Origin: an uncultured Bacilli bacterium | Lineage (GTDB): Bacteria; Bacillota_I; Bacilli_A; RFN20; CAG-826 | Direction of reading: 5' to 3' | Assembly (NCBI GenBank): GCA_944358895.1 | Contig: CALVSB010000007.1 | Span: 140 to 64,139 of the forward strand | DNA length: 64,000 nucleotides | Shown here: piece by piece, positions 38,920 to 48,005 of the stretch | Layout of the letters: each line of letters starts with the position of its first letter | How positions within the stretch are numbered: position 1 is the stretch's first letter | Program-made: the position numbers and the translations under genes | Notes under the pieces: generated by a model | Told to the model about the DNA's origin: nothing | The model's input: only the letters and a program-made list of their open reading frames with translations | Databases searched by the model: none

Positions 38920-40329
38920 ATGGAAAGAAAAGGCGTCCGCTTTGGCTGGAAGAACTGGCTCATCGTCCTTTTGGTCGGCTTGGCTGGCCAACTGGCTTGG
39001 GTCATCGAGAACAACCAAATCAACCTCTGGGTCTATTCCCAAACCCAGAACTCCAACTACATCACCGTCATGACGACCGTCTCGGCGGTCGCAGCGACCC
39101 TCACGACCTTTTTCATGGGGGTTTTGAGCGACCGGCTCGGCAAGCGGAAGATCTTCATTGCCGGGGGATACGTCCTCTGGGGCATCTCGGTCGGGGCTTT
39201 CGGCCTCGCCAGCTTCTCCAACATGGAAGCGATGTTCGGCGCCGCCTCCGCGGCCCTCGCGGTCGGCATCTCGATGGCGCTCTTCGATACCATCATGACC
39301 TTCTTCGGCTCGACGTCGAACGACGCATGCTTCAATGCCCTCGTGACTGACATCACGGTCAGGGAAAACCGCGGCAAGGTCGAATCGGTCCTTTCCGTCC
39401 TGCCCCTCGTCGCCAACGTCGTGATGCTCTTCGCCCAGATGCTTTGCGGGGCCAACGCCGACCTCGACCCGGAGATGAGCATTGCCGAAAACGCGGCCAA
39501 GACGGCCGGCGGCTGGCAGCTTTTCTTCCTCATCTTCGGCATCGTCGTCGTCATCGTCGGCATCGCTTCCTTCTTCCTCATCGACGACTCGCATCTCGAG
39601 CCGAGGAAGGAAGGCAACTACTGGGCCAACCTCTTCTATGGCTTCCGCCCGAGCGTCGTGAAGAAAAACGGCCGCCTCTACCTGGCCCTCCTCACCTTCA
39701 TGGCCTTCAACGCGGCGGTCGATAGCTTCCTCCCCTACTACATGGTCTATTTCCAGAACCCGGTCGAGCTCGGCGGCCTCGGCTATAGCGGCGACAATGT
39801 CTTCCTCTTCTATTTGGCCTTCGCTATCATCCTCGTCCTCTCGGCGGCCGTTGCCATCGTGGCCGGCGTCTTCATGGAACGGCTCGGCAAGAGGAATCTC
39901 ATCTACCCGGCGATGAGCCTAGGCCTCCTCGGATCGCTCCTCCTCGCCGCCGTCCCGAATCCCGAGCCTTGGTTCGTCATCATCGCGGCGACGATCCTCA
40001 TGAGCGGCTATCTCGTCGGAACGGCGTGCCTTGGGGCCATCATCCGCGACTATACCCCGAAAGGGGAAGTCGGCCTTTTCCAAGGGGTAAGGATGATCTT
40101 TGCCGTCATGATCCCGATGATCGTCGGAAGCAATGTCTCCCAGCTCGTCTTCAACCTCACGAGCGAGCTCTACGAGTCGACGACCACATTCGAGGAAATC
40201 TATGCCCCGAACGCGAACATGTTCTACGTGGCGGCGGCCTTCATGGCTTTGGCCGTGATCCCGGGGTCGTTCTTCTTCTTCGCCGAGCGGAAGACGCGTC
40301 AGGAGGGCCCGGAAGAAAAGCCCGAATAG
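38920..40329 (+). CDS. MFS transporter
   Basis: 469 aa with about 12 TM helices. GVLSDRLGKRK loop 2-3 motif. AAAGGAG SD upstream. Confidence 0.85.
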   Translation: MERKGVRFGWKNWLIVLLVGLAGQLAWVIENNQINLWVYSQTQNSNYITVMTTVSAVAATLTTFFMGVLSDRLGKRKIFIAGGYVLWGISVGAFGLASFSNMEAMFGAASAALAVGISMALFDTIMTFFGSTSNDACFNALVTDITVRENRGKVESVLSVLPLVANVVMLFAQMLCGANADLDPEMSIAENAAKTAGGWQLFFLIFGIVVVIVGIASFFLIDDSHLEPRKEGNYWANLFYGFRPSVVKKNGRLYLALLTFMAFNAAVDSFLPYYMVYFQNPVELGGLGYSGDNVFLFYLAFAIILVLSAAVAIVAGVFMERLGKRNLIYPAMSLGLLGSLLLAAVPNPEPWFVIIAATILMSGYLVGTACLGAIIRDYTPKGEVGLFQGVRMIFAVMIPMIVGSNVSQLVFNLTSELYESTTTFEEIYAPNANMFYVAAAFMALAVIPGSFFFFAERKTRQEGPEEKPE

Positions 40330-40330
40330 C

Positions 40331-40365
40331 GAAAAGCGGCGGCAAATCCGCTTTTCCTTTTTTTG
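40331..40365 (+). terminator. rho-independent terminator after the MFS gene
   Basis: GAAAAGCGG (40331-40339) / CCGCTTTTC (40348-40356) stem followed by a T-run. Confidence 0.6.
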
Positions 40366-40388
40366 TCTTTGCTCGGTCCCTTCAAAGA

Positions 40389-40413
40389 AAAAAGGCTCGC
40401 GGGAGCCTTTTTC
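40389..40413 (-). terminator. terminator after the lipoprotein gene
   Basis: GGCTC/GAGCC stem flanked by an A-run and a T-run, 20 nt beyond the stop of the minus-strand gene. Confidence 0.45.
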
Positions 40414-40431
40414 TTCATGCTTTGAACCGCC

Positions 40432-42108
40432 TTAGGCGAGGGTATAGACGACTTCTTTCGCCGCGTCGGTTTCGACCAGGTTCTTGGTCCAGCTTAGGCC
40501 AGAGGCGGCAAGGCCGTCGATGCGCCCGCTATGGAAGCCGTATTCGTAGGGATAAGCGTAAGTGGCCGTTCCGTCTTCCTGGCTCTCGGCCACGGCCTCG
40601 CCGGTCAATAGTTGGATGTCGCTCGTCACCTTGTCGATGGCTCGACTGATGCTCTGGCCGTCCTTCTCGTAGGAAATGACGAGATCGTATTCGCCTTCGA
40701 TCTGGCAATAGAAGTCGGCGTCGGCCGTGACGATGAAGGAAGAGGTTCCGTCTTGCCCGGAATTGACCGGGGAAACGCCATACAGCGAGGTGGTCGTCGG
40801 GGTCGCCCTTACCGCCGGTTCGATCGAAGCGATCCCCGCTTGCTTGAGAGAGTAAGCGATGACGTTCTCGGCGGTTTCGCCCTCGGCGGCATCCGGAGTT
40901 ACCGTAATCGCGTACTGGTCGGCGGTTTCTTCGACGGCTGCTGTCACATTCAGGCCGGCCGGGAGCTGATAAGTGCCGATCAGTTGGCCCGCGAGGTCGC
41001 TGTCGTAGACATTGACCTGGTGGGTCGTTTCATAGAGGCCGATGTCGATTTCGGCCGGTCCGTAGACCGCCGCGAGGTCGACGGGGTTCCCGGCCAAGTG
41101 AGGAGCCGAGCCTTCGGCATAAACGGCCCGGTAAGCGAGCTCTTTTCCGAGATTGTCCTCAACCGAAGCCGCAGCATCGACGATAGGTTCGGTCCCTTCG
41201 GCTTCGTTGGCGAGGCTCAGGCGGTAATTGCCGTTCTCGTCGATAAGGGAGGCAACCTTCAAGCCGGCCCCATGCCGGACATAGGTTTCCTTGACTTCGT
41301 CGCCGTAGCGGACCACGACTTTGTGCATGGCATCTTCTTCCGCGTAGACGGCGGCCAAGTCGACGACCGGGTGCGAGGAGAGGAGGCCGATTTCGTGCCG
41401 TCCTTCCTTAAGCGAAGGATCGAGGAGGTAAAGGCGGTAGTCGCGTTGCCCGCGCTCATCGATGAAGGCCTCGATATCAAGGGAAGAGGCGAGTTCCCCG
41501 AAGTCCTTGAAGGTCCCGCTCCCGGGATATCCGCGGAAGGTAAAGCCAACGCACGTGTATTGCTTCCCGAACTCCGAAGAGGCTTCTTCGTGGACCAAGG
41601 TCGCGTAATCGACCGCGAAATCGCCCGCAAAAGTCCCCCATTCGAACGAAGATTCAACGGCAGACGGGAATTCTCCGCCGTCCACCCTCACGAGGCTCGT
41701 TCCGTTGTAGTAACGGAAATCGACGCTATAGACATCTTTCTCGAAACTGGCATACACGGAGCAATCGGCCGTGACGGAGGAGAGATCGACCGCCGTCCCG
41801 TCGTCATAGGTCCCGGCCCATCCGACAAAGGAGAGGTATTCCCCGTTTTCGAGGGCTTCCTGGGCAGCCTCGTCGTGCGAGAGGAAGTCATAGTCGGCGC
41901 TCAGCCGGAGGTCGACCGGATCCCCGGCGATGCAATAGCCGTACCCAACGAGCTGCGGCTCGGCCGAATCGTCGTAAAAGGAGACGGTCACGGGCGCCGG
42001 CGCGACGTAGGAATCGCTATTGCTGGCCGCCCCGCACGAAGCCAAGGCGAGGAGAGGGGCCGCGAGCCCCAAAAAGCGGGCAATTTTCTTCACGGGGCAA
42101 TTATCCAT
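40432..42108 (-). CDS. lipoprotein, unknown function
   Basis: Signal peptide plus lipobox: MDNCPVKKIARFLGLAAPLLALAS-C-GAASNS. The mature part is acidic, rich in Y/D/V/A and beta-rich. Start trimmed to ATG 42108; the track start is TTG 42156. Confidence 0.78.
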   Translation of the reverse strand: MDNCPVKKIARFLGLAAPLLALASCGAASNSDSYVAPAPVTVSFYDDSAEPQLVGYGYCIAGDPVDLRLSADYDFLSHDEAAQEALENGEYLSFVGWAGTYDDGTAVDLSSVTADCSVYASFEKDVYSVDFRYYNGTSLVRVDGGEFPSAVESSFEWGTFAGDFAVDYATLVHEEASSEFGKQYTCVGFTFRGYPGSGTFKDFGELASSLDIEAFIDERGQRDYRLYLLDPSLKEGRHEIGLLSSHPVVDLAAVYAEEDAMHKVVVRYGDEVKETYVRHGAGLKVASLIDENGNYRLSLANEAEGTEPIVDAAASVEDNLGKELAYRAVYAEGSAPHLAGNPVDLAAVYGPAEIDIGLYETTHQVNVYDSDLAGQLIGTYQLPAGLNVTAAVEETADQYAITVTPDAAEGETAENVIAYSLKQAGIASIEPAVRATPTTTSLYGVSPVNSGQDGTSSFIVTADADFYCQIEGEYDLVISYEKDGQSISRAIDKVTSDIQLLTGEAVAESQEDGTATYAYPYEYGFHSGRIDGLAASGLSWTKNLVETDAAKEVVYTLA

Positions 42109-42218
42109 CGAAAGCAAGCAAGTGTGAAGATTTTTCCCATAGGGAATGAGCCTCAAAAAGGGCGTTGCCCCGTTATTGGGCTGGGCGTATACTTGTCCCC
42201 GGAAAGCGTTTTAGAGCT

Positions 42219-42689
42219 ATGAAAAAGAAATACCCAGTCAAAATTGCTTCGGCCATCAGCATCGTGGCCATCATCGTGAGCGTCTTCTCGATGTTCGCCC
42301 CGGCCTTCGACGAAGACGCCGGTTCGGTCCGCGGATCCTTCTTCGACATCATGTGGGGGCTCCAGTCGGATGCCTATCAGGTCTCGATCGTCCTGACCGT
42401 CGGCTTCTGCCTGTTGCTTCTGGCCTTCGTCGTCGCTTGCTTCGGGCTTAGCCTCACCGACAAGGGCACCCGCCTCTTCGGGATCGTCCTTCTCCTTCTC
42501 GCCGTCGCCGGCGGAACGATCTGCCTCTTCTCGATCCCTCTCTACGTCGGAGCCAATGCCGAGGTCATCGGCAACATCGAGAACACCGGCGTCACTTCCC
42601 TCGGTGCCGGAAGCATCGTCCCGGCCGTCTTCGCCTACATCGCCGCCCTTCCGGGCCTCTACCTCTTGCTTAAGAAAAAGGAAGCCTGA
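42219..42689 (+). CDS. small membrane protein (4 TM)
   Basis: 156 aa from MKKKYPVKIASAISIVAIIV, with four hydrophobic helices. Family unknown. Confidence 0.6.
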   Translation: MKKKYPVKIASAISIVAIIVSVFSMFAPAFDEDAGSVRGSFFDIMWGLQSDAYQVSIVLTVGFCLLLLAFVVACFGLSLTDKGTRLFGIVLLLLAVAGGTICLFSIPLYVGANAEVIGNIENTGVTSLGAGSIVPAVFAYIAALPGLYLLLKKKEA

Positions 42690-42698
42690 GCGCTTCCC

Positions 42699-43148
42699 TT
42701 AATCTTGTTCGCCCGCCTTCTCCTCGAGGAGGCGGGTTTTGTTTTGCTCCACCGCCGCCACGATCTTGTCGACGCAGTCGTCGAGGTGCTTTTCGATTTC
42801 CTCGCCCCAGAAGCGGAGGACCGTGTAGCCTTCGCCTCGGAGGCGGGCGTTGACCTCTTTGTCGCGTTCGATGTTGCGCTTGATCTTCTTGACCCAATAC
42901 TCGCGGTTGGTCGTGAGCTTGGCTTCGTTTTCCGCGAAGTTCTTCCCGTGCCAGAACTCGCTGTCGCAGAAGATGGCGATCTTGAGCCCCTTCATCGAGA
43001 CATCGGGGTGACCGAAGATATATTTGCTGTTCTTCCGGTAACGGAGGCCCTTCGCATAGAGGGCCTTCCGAAGGCGGACCTCGATGCCGGTCTCCTTCCC
43101 GCGGATGGCCGACATGATCTTATGGTTGAGCTCGGGCGAACGTTTCAT
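42699..43148 (-). CDS. vsr: very short patch repair endonuclease
   Basis: 149 aa. IEVRLRKAL...GLRYRKN...GHPDVSM...IAIFCDSEFWHG...REYWVKKIKRNIERDKEV...GYTVLRFW matches Vsr throughout, including the PD catalytic Asp and FWH. Confidence 0.88.
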   Translation of the reverse strand: MKRSPELNHKIMSAIRGKETGIEVRLRKALYAKGLRYRKNSKYIFGHPDVSMKGLKIAIFCDSEFWHGKNFAENEAKLTTNREYWVKKIKRNIERDKEVNARLRGEGYTVLRFWGEEIEKHLDDCVDKIVAAVEQNKTRLLEEKAGEQD

Positions 43149-44878
43149 TCGAATTGGGCTTGGTAGAGGGAGGCGTAGAAGCCGCCTTCTTTGAGAAGCG
43201 AGGCATGGGTGCCGCTTTCGACGATCTTCCCGCCGTCGAGGACGAGGATGAGGTCGCTATGCTCGACGGTCGAGAGCCGGTGGGCCACCACCAAGGACGT
43301 CTTGCCGGCGAGGAGGCGTTCCAAGGAGGCGCTCAGCCGCTTTTCGGTGAGGACGTCGATGCTGCTCGTCGCCTCGTCGAGGAGGACGACTTCCGGATCC
43401 ATCAGGATGACCCGGGCGATCGAAAGAAGCTGGCGCTCGCCCTTCGAGAGGCCGCTGTCGTTGCCGATGCGGGTGTCGTAGCCGTTCGGCAGGCGGTCGA
43501 TGAAGGAGGAGGCTCCCGCTTCCTGAGCCGCCTTCTTGATTTCTTCGAGGGAAGCGTCTTCCTTCCCATAAGCGATGTTTTCCCGGACCGTCCCGTCGAA
43601 GATCCAGGTATCCTGAAGGACCATCCCGAAGCGGGCGCGGAGATCCTTCCGCGGGAAGGAAGAAGCCGCTTCCTCCCCTAAGAAGAAGCCGCCCTTTTGG
43701 GGATCGTAGAACCGCATGAGGAGGGAGATGATGGTCGTCTTGCCCGAACCGGTCGGTCCGACCAGGGCGGCCGACTGGCCTTCCTTGAGGGCAAAGGAGA
43801 CGCCCTTGATGACCTCTTTCTTGCCGTCTTCGTAGGCAAAATGGACGTCCTTGGCCGCGATCGAGGCGACTTTCCCAAGGATTTCTTCCTGCCCGGTCTC
43901 GCTTTCCTTCGGGAGGCCGACCGCGGAAGAGACCCGGTCGAAGCTCGCGACGGCATAGGCGATTTCGCTGACGACGGAAGAAACCTCGTTGAAGGGCTGG
44001 GTATAGGTGCTGGCATAAGTGAGGAAAGCCGAGAGGTCGCCGACGAGGAAGACGATGCCCACTTGCCAGTTGCCGGCGATGAAGAGGGCTCCGACGATAA
44101 GGACGGCGCAGTTGACGACGGCGTTCACGAGCCGGGTGAGCGGATTGATGATCGAGGCTCCCATGTTGGCTTTGAACGTCGCCTCCCGGTAGGCCTCGTT
44201 GATATTCTCGAAGCCTTCCGTCCGCTCGTCCTCGGCTCCGAGGGCATAGACCGATTCGCTTCCTTCGAGGGTCTCGGAAAGGAAAGCCTGGAGCTCGCCG
44301 CTCTGCTTCCCCTGCCGCTTGTAGTGCTTCGAGTTGAATTTCGAGATGAAGCGGGAAACAAGGAGGGAAATCGGGGTCAGGACGATGACGATGAAGCCGA
44401 GGATATAGTTGAGGCTCATCATGAAGGCAATCGTGAGAACGATGGAAATGATCCCGTCGTAGAGGGAGGCAAAGCCGGTGACGAGGCCGTTGTTGACGTT
44501 CTCGACGTCGGACATGAGACGGAGGGTGAGGTCGCCTTCGCTATGGGAATCGAGGGCGGAGAGGTTGGCGTCCATGTAGGAGGCGAAGACAGCCGTCCGC
44601 ATTCTCGTCACCACCCGTTGGCCGACGAGATAGGTAAGGTAGTCGAAAAGGTAGCGGAAAGCCGTCCCGAGGACGAGGAGCACGCCCATGAGGACGAGGT
44701 AGACCGAGATATCCTTGTTCCCGGCTTCGTCGAAAAGAACGTTGATGGCCTTGCCGGCGAAGAAGGGAATGAGGAGTTTGGCCGCGGTCGAGATCGTCCC
44801 GGAAAGGAGGGAGAAGGCGAGGAGGCCGCGCGAGCCTTGGAGGTACCCCCAAAGGAGAGAAAGTTTCTTTTTCTTCAT
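43145..44878 (-). CDS. ABC exporter, fused TMD-NBD (heterodimer partner B)
   Basis: 577 aa. Six TM helices, then Walker A GPTGSGKTT, signature LSKGERQ, Walker B VVLLDEATSSID. Confidence 0.92.
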   Translation of the reverse strand: MKKKKLSLLWGYLQGSRGLLAFSLLSGTISTAAKLLIPFFAGKAINVLFDEAGNKDISVYLVLMGVLLVLGTAFRYLFDYLTYLVGQRVVTRMRTAVFASYMDANLSALDSHSEGDLTLRLMSDVENVNNGLVTGFASLYDGIISIVLTIAFMMSLNYILGFIVIVLTPISLLVSRFISKFNSKHYKRQGKQSGELQAFLSETLEGSESVYALGAEDERTEGFENINEAYREATFKANMGASIINPLTRLVNAVVNCAVLIVGALFIAGNWQVGIVFLVGDLSAFLTYASTYTQPFNEVSSVVSEIAYAVASFDRVSSAVGLPKESETGQEEILGKVASIAAKDVHFAYEDGKKEVIKGVSFALKEGQSAALVGPTGSGKTTIISLLMRFYDPQKGGFFLGEEAASSFPRKDLRARFGMVLQDTWIFDGTVRENIAYGKEDASLEEIKKAAQEAGASSFIDRLPNGYDTRIGNDSGLSKGERQLLSIARVILMDPEVVLLDEATSSIDVLTEKRLSASLERLLAGKTSLVVAHRLSTVEHSDLILVLDGGKIVESGTHASLLKEGGFYASLYQAQFE

Positions 44879-46596
44879 GCCACTTCTCCTTTCTGGATGT
44901 CAGCCAGTTCTTTGTAAGAGGGACAGGTTGCCAAAAGTTGCTCATGGGTTCCCCGGGCAACGATTTCGCCGTGTTCGAAGAAGAGAATCTCGTCCATCCC
45001 CTCGACGAGGGAAAGGCGGCTGGAGATAAGGAAGCGCGTCGGGAAGAGGGTAGGCAATTCGTCCCGGATTTTCTTTTCGGTCAGGTAGTCGAGGGCCGAA
45101 AGGGAATCGTCGAGGAGGAGGATGGGAGCGGGGCTCAGGAAGGCCCGGGCCAAGGCGAGGCGCTGCTTCTGCCCGCCCGAGAAATTGCTTCCTCCCTCCT
45201 TGATCGCCACCTCCAGGGGGTTTCCCTTCTCCTGAAGGAAGGCCAGCGCTTGGGCCTTCTCGAGAGCGAGGAGCATTTCCTCGTCGCTAGCTTCCGGCTT
45301 CGCGAGCCTCAGATTGTCGCGGACCGTCCCGCGGAACAGGGTGATTTTTTGGGGCACATAGGTAAAAAAGGACCGCAAATCGAGCTTCTTTTGGCCGTTT
45401 TCGCTTATGACCTGGTCGCCGAGGAGGATTCGCCCTTCGCTCGGGGCGAAAAGTCCGCTCAGGAGTTTGAGGCAGGTCGATTTGCCCGAGCCCGTTCCGC
45501 CGACGAGGCCGATTCCCTTGCCGTAGGGTAGCTCAAACGAAAGGTGGGATACGGCCCGCCCGCCGTCTTTGGCCCCGTAGGCATAGGAAACGTCTTCGAA
45601 GGCGATTGGGGTTCCCTCATTGAAGACGAGCGGCGAAACGAGCTCGCCCTTTTCGGGGATCGGGATGGCGAAATAGGCATCGAGGCGGCGGCGCGATTCC
45701 CGCGCTTTGTTGAGCGAGGTGATGAGCCTCGACCACATGGTCAGGGCCGCGAGCGAGGAGACGAGGTAGGAAATGAGCGAGGCGATCGATCCTTGGCTCA
45801 GCCCCGCGATGCCGCTTTCCGGAACCCCGAGGCAAACGACCAGGACGATGCCGAGGTCGATGAAGAGGAAAGTAAACGGGTTGATGATGGAATTGAGGGT
45901 GCCCATCCGCATCGAGTTGCGCTCATAGCCTTTGGTCGCCTCGTAGTAGCGCTTCTTCTCCTTCTCCTGGTTGTTGAAGGCCTTGATTTGCCGCCGGCCG
46001 CGGATATCGTCGCCCGAGACGGTCGACAGACGGTCCAATGACGATTGGATGTCGCGGTAGCGCCGCGGCGAAAGAGCCATCACGATTCCCATGATGGCCG
46101 CCGAAAGAAGGGTCGCGCCGGTGAAGATGAGGCCAGCCCACGGGGAGACGACGAAACTGAGGATGAGGGAGCCGAAAATGAGGAACGGCGGGCGGAAAAT
46201 GAGGCGGATGAACATCATCACCCCGTTTTGCATCGCAAAGGCATCGTTCCCGATGAGGGTCGAGATCTTGGCCTTGGAGAAGGTATCGAGATCCCTTTCC
46301 CCGAGGGCAAGCGTTCGCTCGAAAAGAGCGCTCCTTAAATCGTGGCCGTAGTCGGCTGCGACCCGGCTCGCCAGATACTGGGCCACCATCGTCGAGCCAA
46401 AGCCGACGAGAGCCAAGGCCAGGATGATGCCGCCGAAAAGGAGGATCACATCCATTCGCCGCTCGGCGATGCCGTCGTCGATGACGTAACGGACAAGGAA
46501 AGGCGTGGCTAGCTCAGCCACGCATTCGACGAGTTTCATGAAGGGGGCGAAGATGACCTTCGCGCGGTACTTCTTCAAGGGGGTCAGGGCGGTCAT
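44875..46596 (-). CDS. ABC exporter, fused TMD-NBD (heterodimer partner A)
   Basis: Walker A GGTGSGKST, signature FSGGQKQR, Walker B ILLLDDSLSALD. Start trimmed to ATG 46596 (MTALTPLKKY), preceded by AAAGGAGAAG. The track extension overlaps the upstream gene. Confidence 0.9.
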   Translation of the reverse strand: MTALTPLKKYRAKVIFAPFMKLVECVAELATPFLVRYVIDDGIAERRMDVILLFGGIILALALVGFGSTMVAQYLASRVAADYGHDLRSALFERTLALGERDLDTFSKAKISTLIGNDAFAMQNGVMMFIRLIFRPPFLIFGSLILSFVVSPWAGLIFTGATLLSAAIMGIVMALSPRRYRDIQSSLDRLSTVSGDDIRGRRQIKAFNNQEKEKKRYYEATKGYERNSMRMGTLNSIINPFTFLFIDLGIVLVVCLGVPESGIAGLSQGSIASLISYLVSSLAALTMWSRLITSLNKARESRRRLDAYFAIPIPEKGELVSPLVFNEGTPIAFEDVSYAYGAKDGGRAVSHLSFELPYGKGIGLVGGTGSGKSTCLKLLSGLFAPSEGRILLGDQVISENGQKKLDLRSFFTYVPQKITLFRGTVRDNLRLAKPEASDEEMLLALEKAQALAFLQEKGNPLEVAIKEGGSNFSGGQKQRLALARAFLSPAPILLLDDSLSALDYLTEKKIRDELPTLFPTRFLISSRLSLVEGMDEILFFEHGEIVARGTHEQLLATCPSYKELADIQKGEVA

Positions 46597-48005
46597 CAGG
46601 CTTCTCCTTTTCGCTTGTTTTCTTCCACGTTGCCAGCGGGATCGTTGCTGTCTTTCAAAACAAAGGAAAGATCGTGGTCCTCCCCTTCCATCGACTCGAA
46701 GGTAATGTCGTTGCGCGACCGCGAGGAAACATTGAGGAAGACGAAGTTCTTGCGCTTCTTGCTGACGGCCGCCACCCCGTCGATCAACCAGTGGGTCGGC
46801 CCCGAGTGGAAGCCGCAATAGAGAGCTTGGGTGTCGACGACGAACAGGCTGCCGCTCGCCATGTTGAGTTCGAGGTCAAAGGCGCCCTCTTCTCCTTCGA
46901 CTTCGCGGATGACAATGCGGCCGGGCCCCTGGTCGAGGTAGCCTTCGGCCCCATAGGCATCGAAGGTATCGAGGAAGCAATCAACATCGAAATACGGGGC
47001 GTCGGCTATGGCCCCTAGTTCGTTCCCGATGCGGTCGAGGGCCGAACGGAACTCCGCATCCATTTCGTCGAGCAGGTAGTTTTTGAAAAGAGGGTCTTTC
47101 CTTTTGAAAGAGAGGGCATACTGCCCGATCAAGGCGTAGCGGAGAGCCATGAAAAGATAGCCGCGGTCGTTCTCTTCGCCAGCCAGCAGCCTCATGATCC
47201 GCAAGCACAGCTCCGGGAGGATGTGGGGATTGCTCCCTTTGCTCTCGATGAACATTTTGTAGACGCTATGGAAGAGGGTCATGTAAATGCCGCTCGCGGC
47301 CTCGCGGTCGGCTTTCGCGCCGATGCCATTCAGAAAGCAATCGCCCAGGTACATTTTCCCGTAGTCATTGCCAAGGGCCGAGCTGTGGGCGTAGCACTTG
47401 AAGGCGTCTTCGATCCCACTATCGTTGCCAGCCATCTGCTCGAGGCAACGTCCAAGGCGGGCCAAGGCAAAGCCGTCGCCAGCCAAGGCATCGCTCGCAT
47501 AGTAGGAAAAGGCCGCCTTGTAATCGACGTTCGTGAAACGGGAGCCAAACTCGTATAGCATCCCGATGCGAGTCAGGGCATAGGGGTTGCCTTCCGCGGC
47601 AAAATCGCTCGAATATTGCAAAAAGAGGGCTTCATTGCGGGAGCTTTCGTTAAGAAGGCCATCGTCGTAGAGGTCGAGAAAAGCCACCTTGTAGCATTTG
47701 GATGCGGCCGAGCGATTGTTCGGGAACATGAGCTTTCCGACTTTGGCCAAGGTTTCTTCCGAAAGGTCGAGTCCACTGGCTTCGGGAACGACGTCGGCGA
47801 AACCGCAATGCGGGCAAAGGGCCGTCATCGAACCGTTCCGATCCTCGACCCAATCGGTTATCTCGCCGGTCGGAAAGGCCAGCCCGCAATGGGGGCAACC
47901 GCACGTTTTGCTGGCCAACACCTCTTGGGCGTTGTCTTTCATCTTGGACTGATAGGCGAAGACGAGTTTGGCGTCTACGCTCTTGCTTTTGATTGGCTTC
48001 TTCAT
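46596..48005 (-). CDS. Sel1-like repeat protein with N-terminal double CxxC zinc ribbon
   Basis: CGCPHCG...CPHCG, followed by Sel1/TPR-like units (ALTRIGMLYEFG, ALARLGRCLE, GKMYLGDCFLNGIGAKADREAASGIY). Start trimmed to ATG 48005 (MKKPIKSKS). Confidence 0.7.
   Translation of the reverse strand: MKKPIKSKSVDAKLVFAYQSKMKDNAQEVLASKTCGCPHCGLAFPTGEITDWVEDRNGSMTALCPHCGFADVVPEASGLDLSEETLAKVGKLMFPNNRSAASKCYKVAFLDLYDDGLLNESSRNEALFLQYSSDFAAEGNPYALTRIGMLYEFGSRFTNVDYKAAFSYYASDALAGDGFALARLGRCLEQMAGNDSGIEDAFKCYAHSSALGNDYGKMYLGDCFLNGIGAKADREAASGIYMTLFHSVYKMFIESKGSNPHILPELCLRIMRLLAGEENDRGYLFMALRYALIGQYALSFKRKDPLFKNYLLDEMDAEFRSALDRIGNELGAIADAPYFDVDCFLDTFDAYGAEGYLDQGPGRIVIREVEGEEGAFDLELNMASGSLFVVDTQALYCGFHSGPTHWLIDGVAAVSKKRKNFVFLNVSSRSRNDITFESMEGEDHDLSFVLKDSNDPAGNVEENKRKGEA

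Noticed and set aside
40612-42222. 536-aa plus-strand ORF.
   Set aside because: It is antisense to the lipoprotein gene, which has a bona fide signal peptide and lipobox. The translation is an R/G/D/V-rich shadow frame.
46597-46818. 74-aa N-terminal extension of the ABC exporter ORF.
   Set aside because: It overlaps the Sel1-repeat gene and is Arg-rich nonsense. ATG 46596 is preceded by AAAGGAGAAG.
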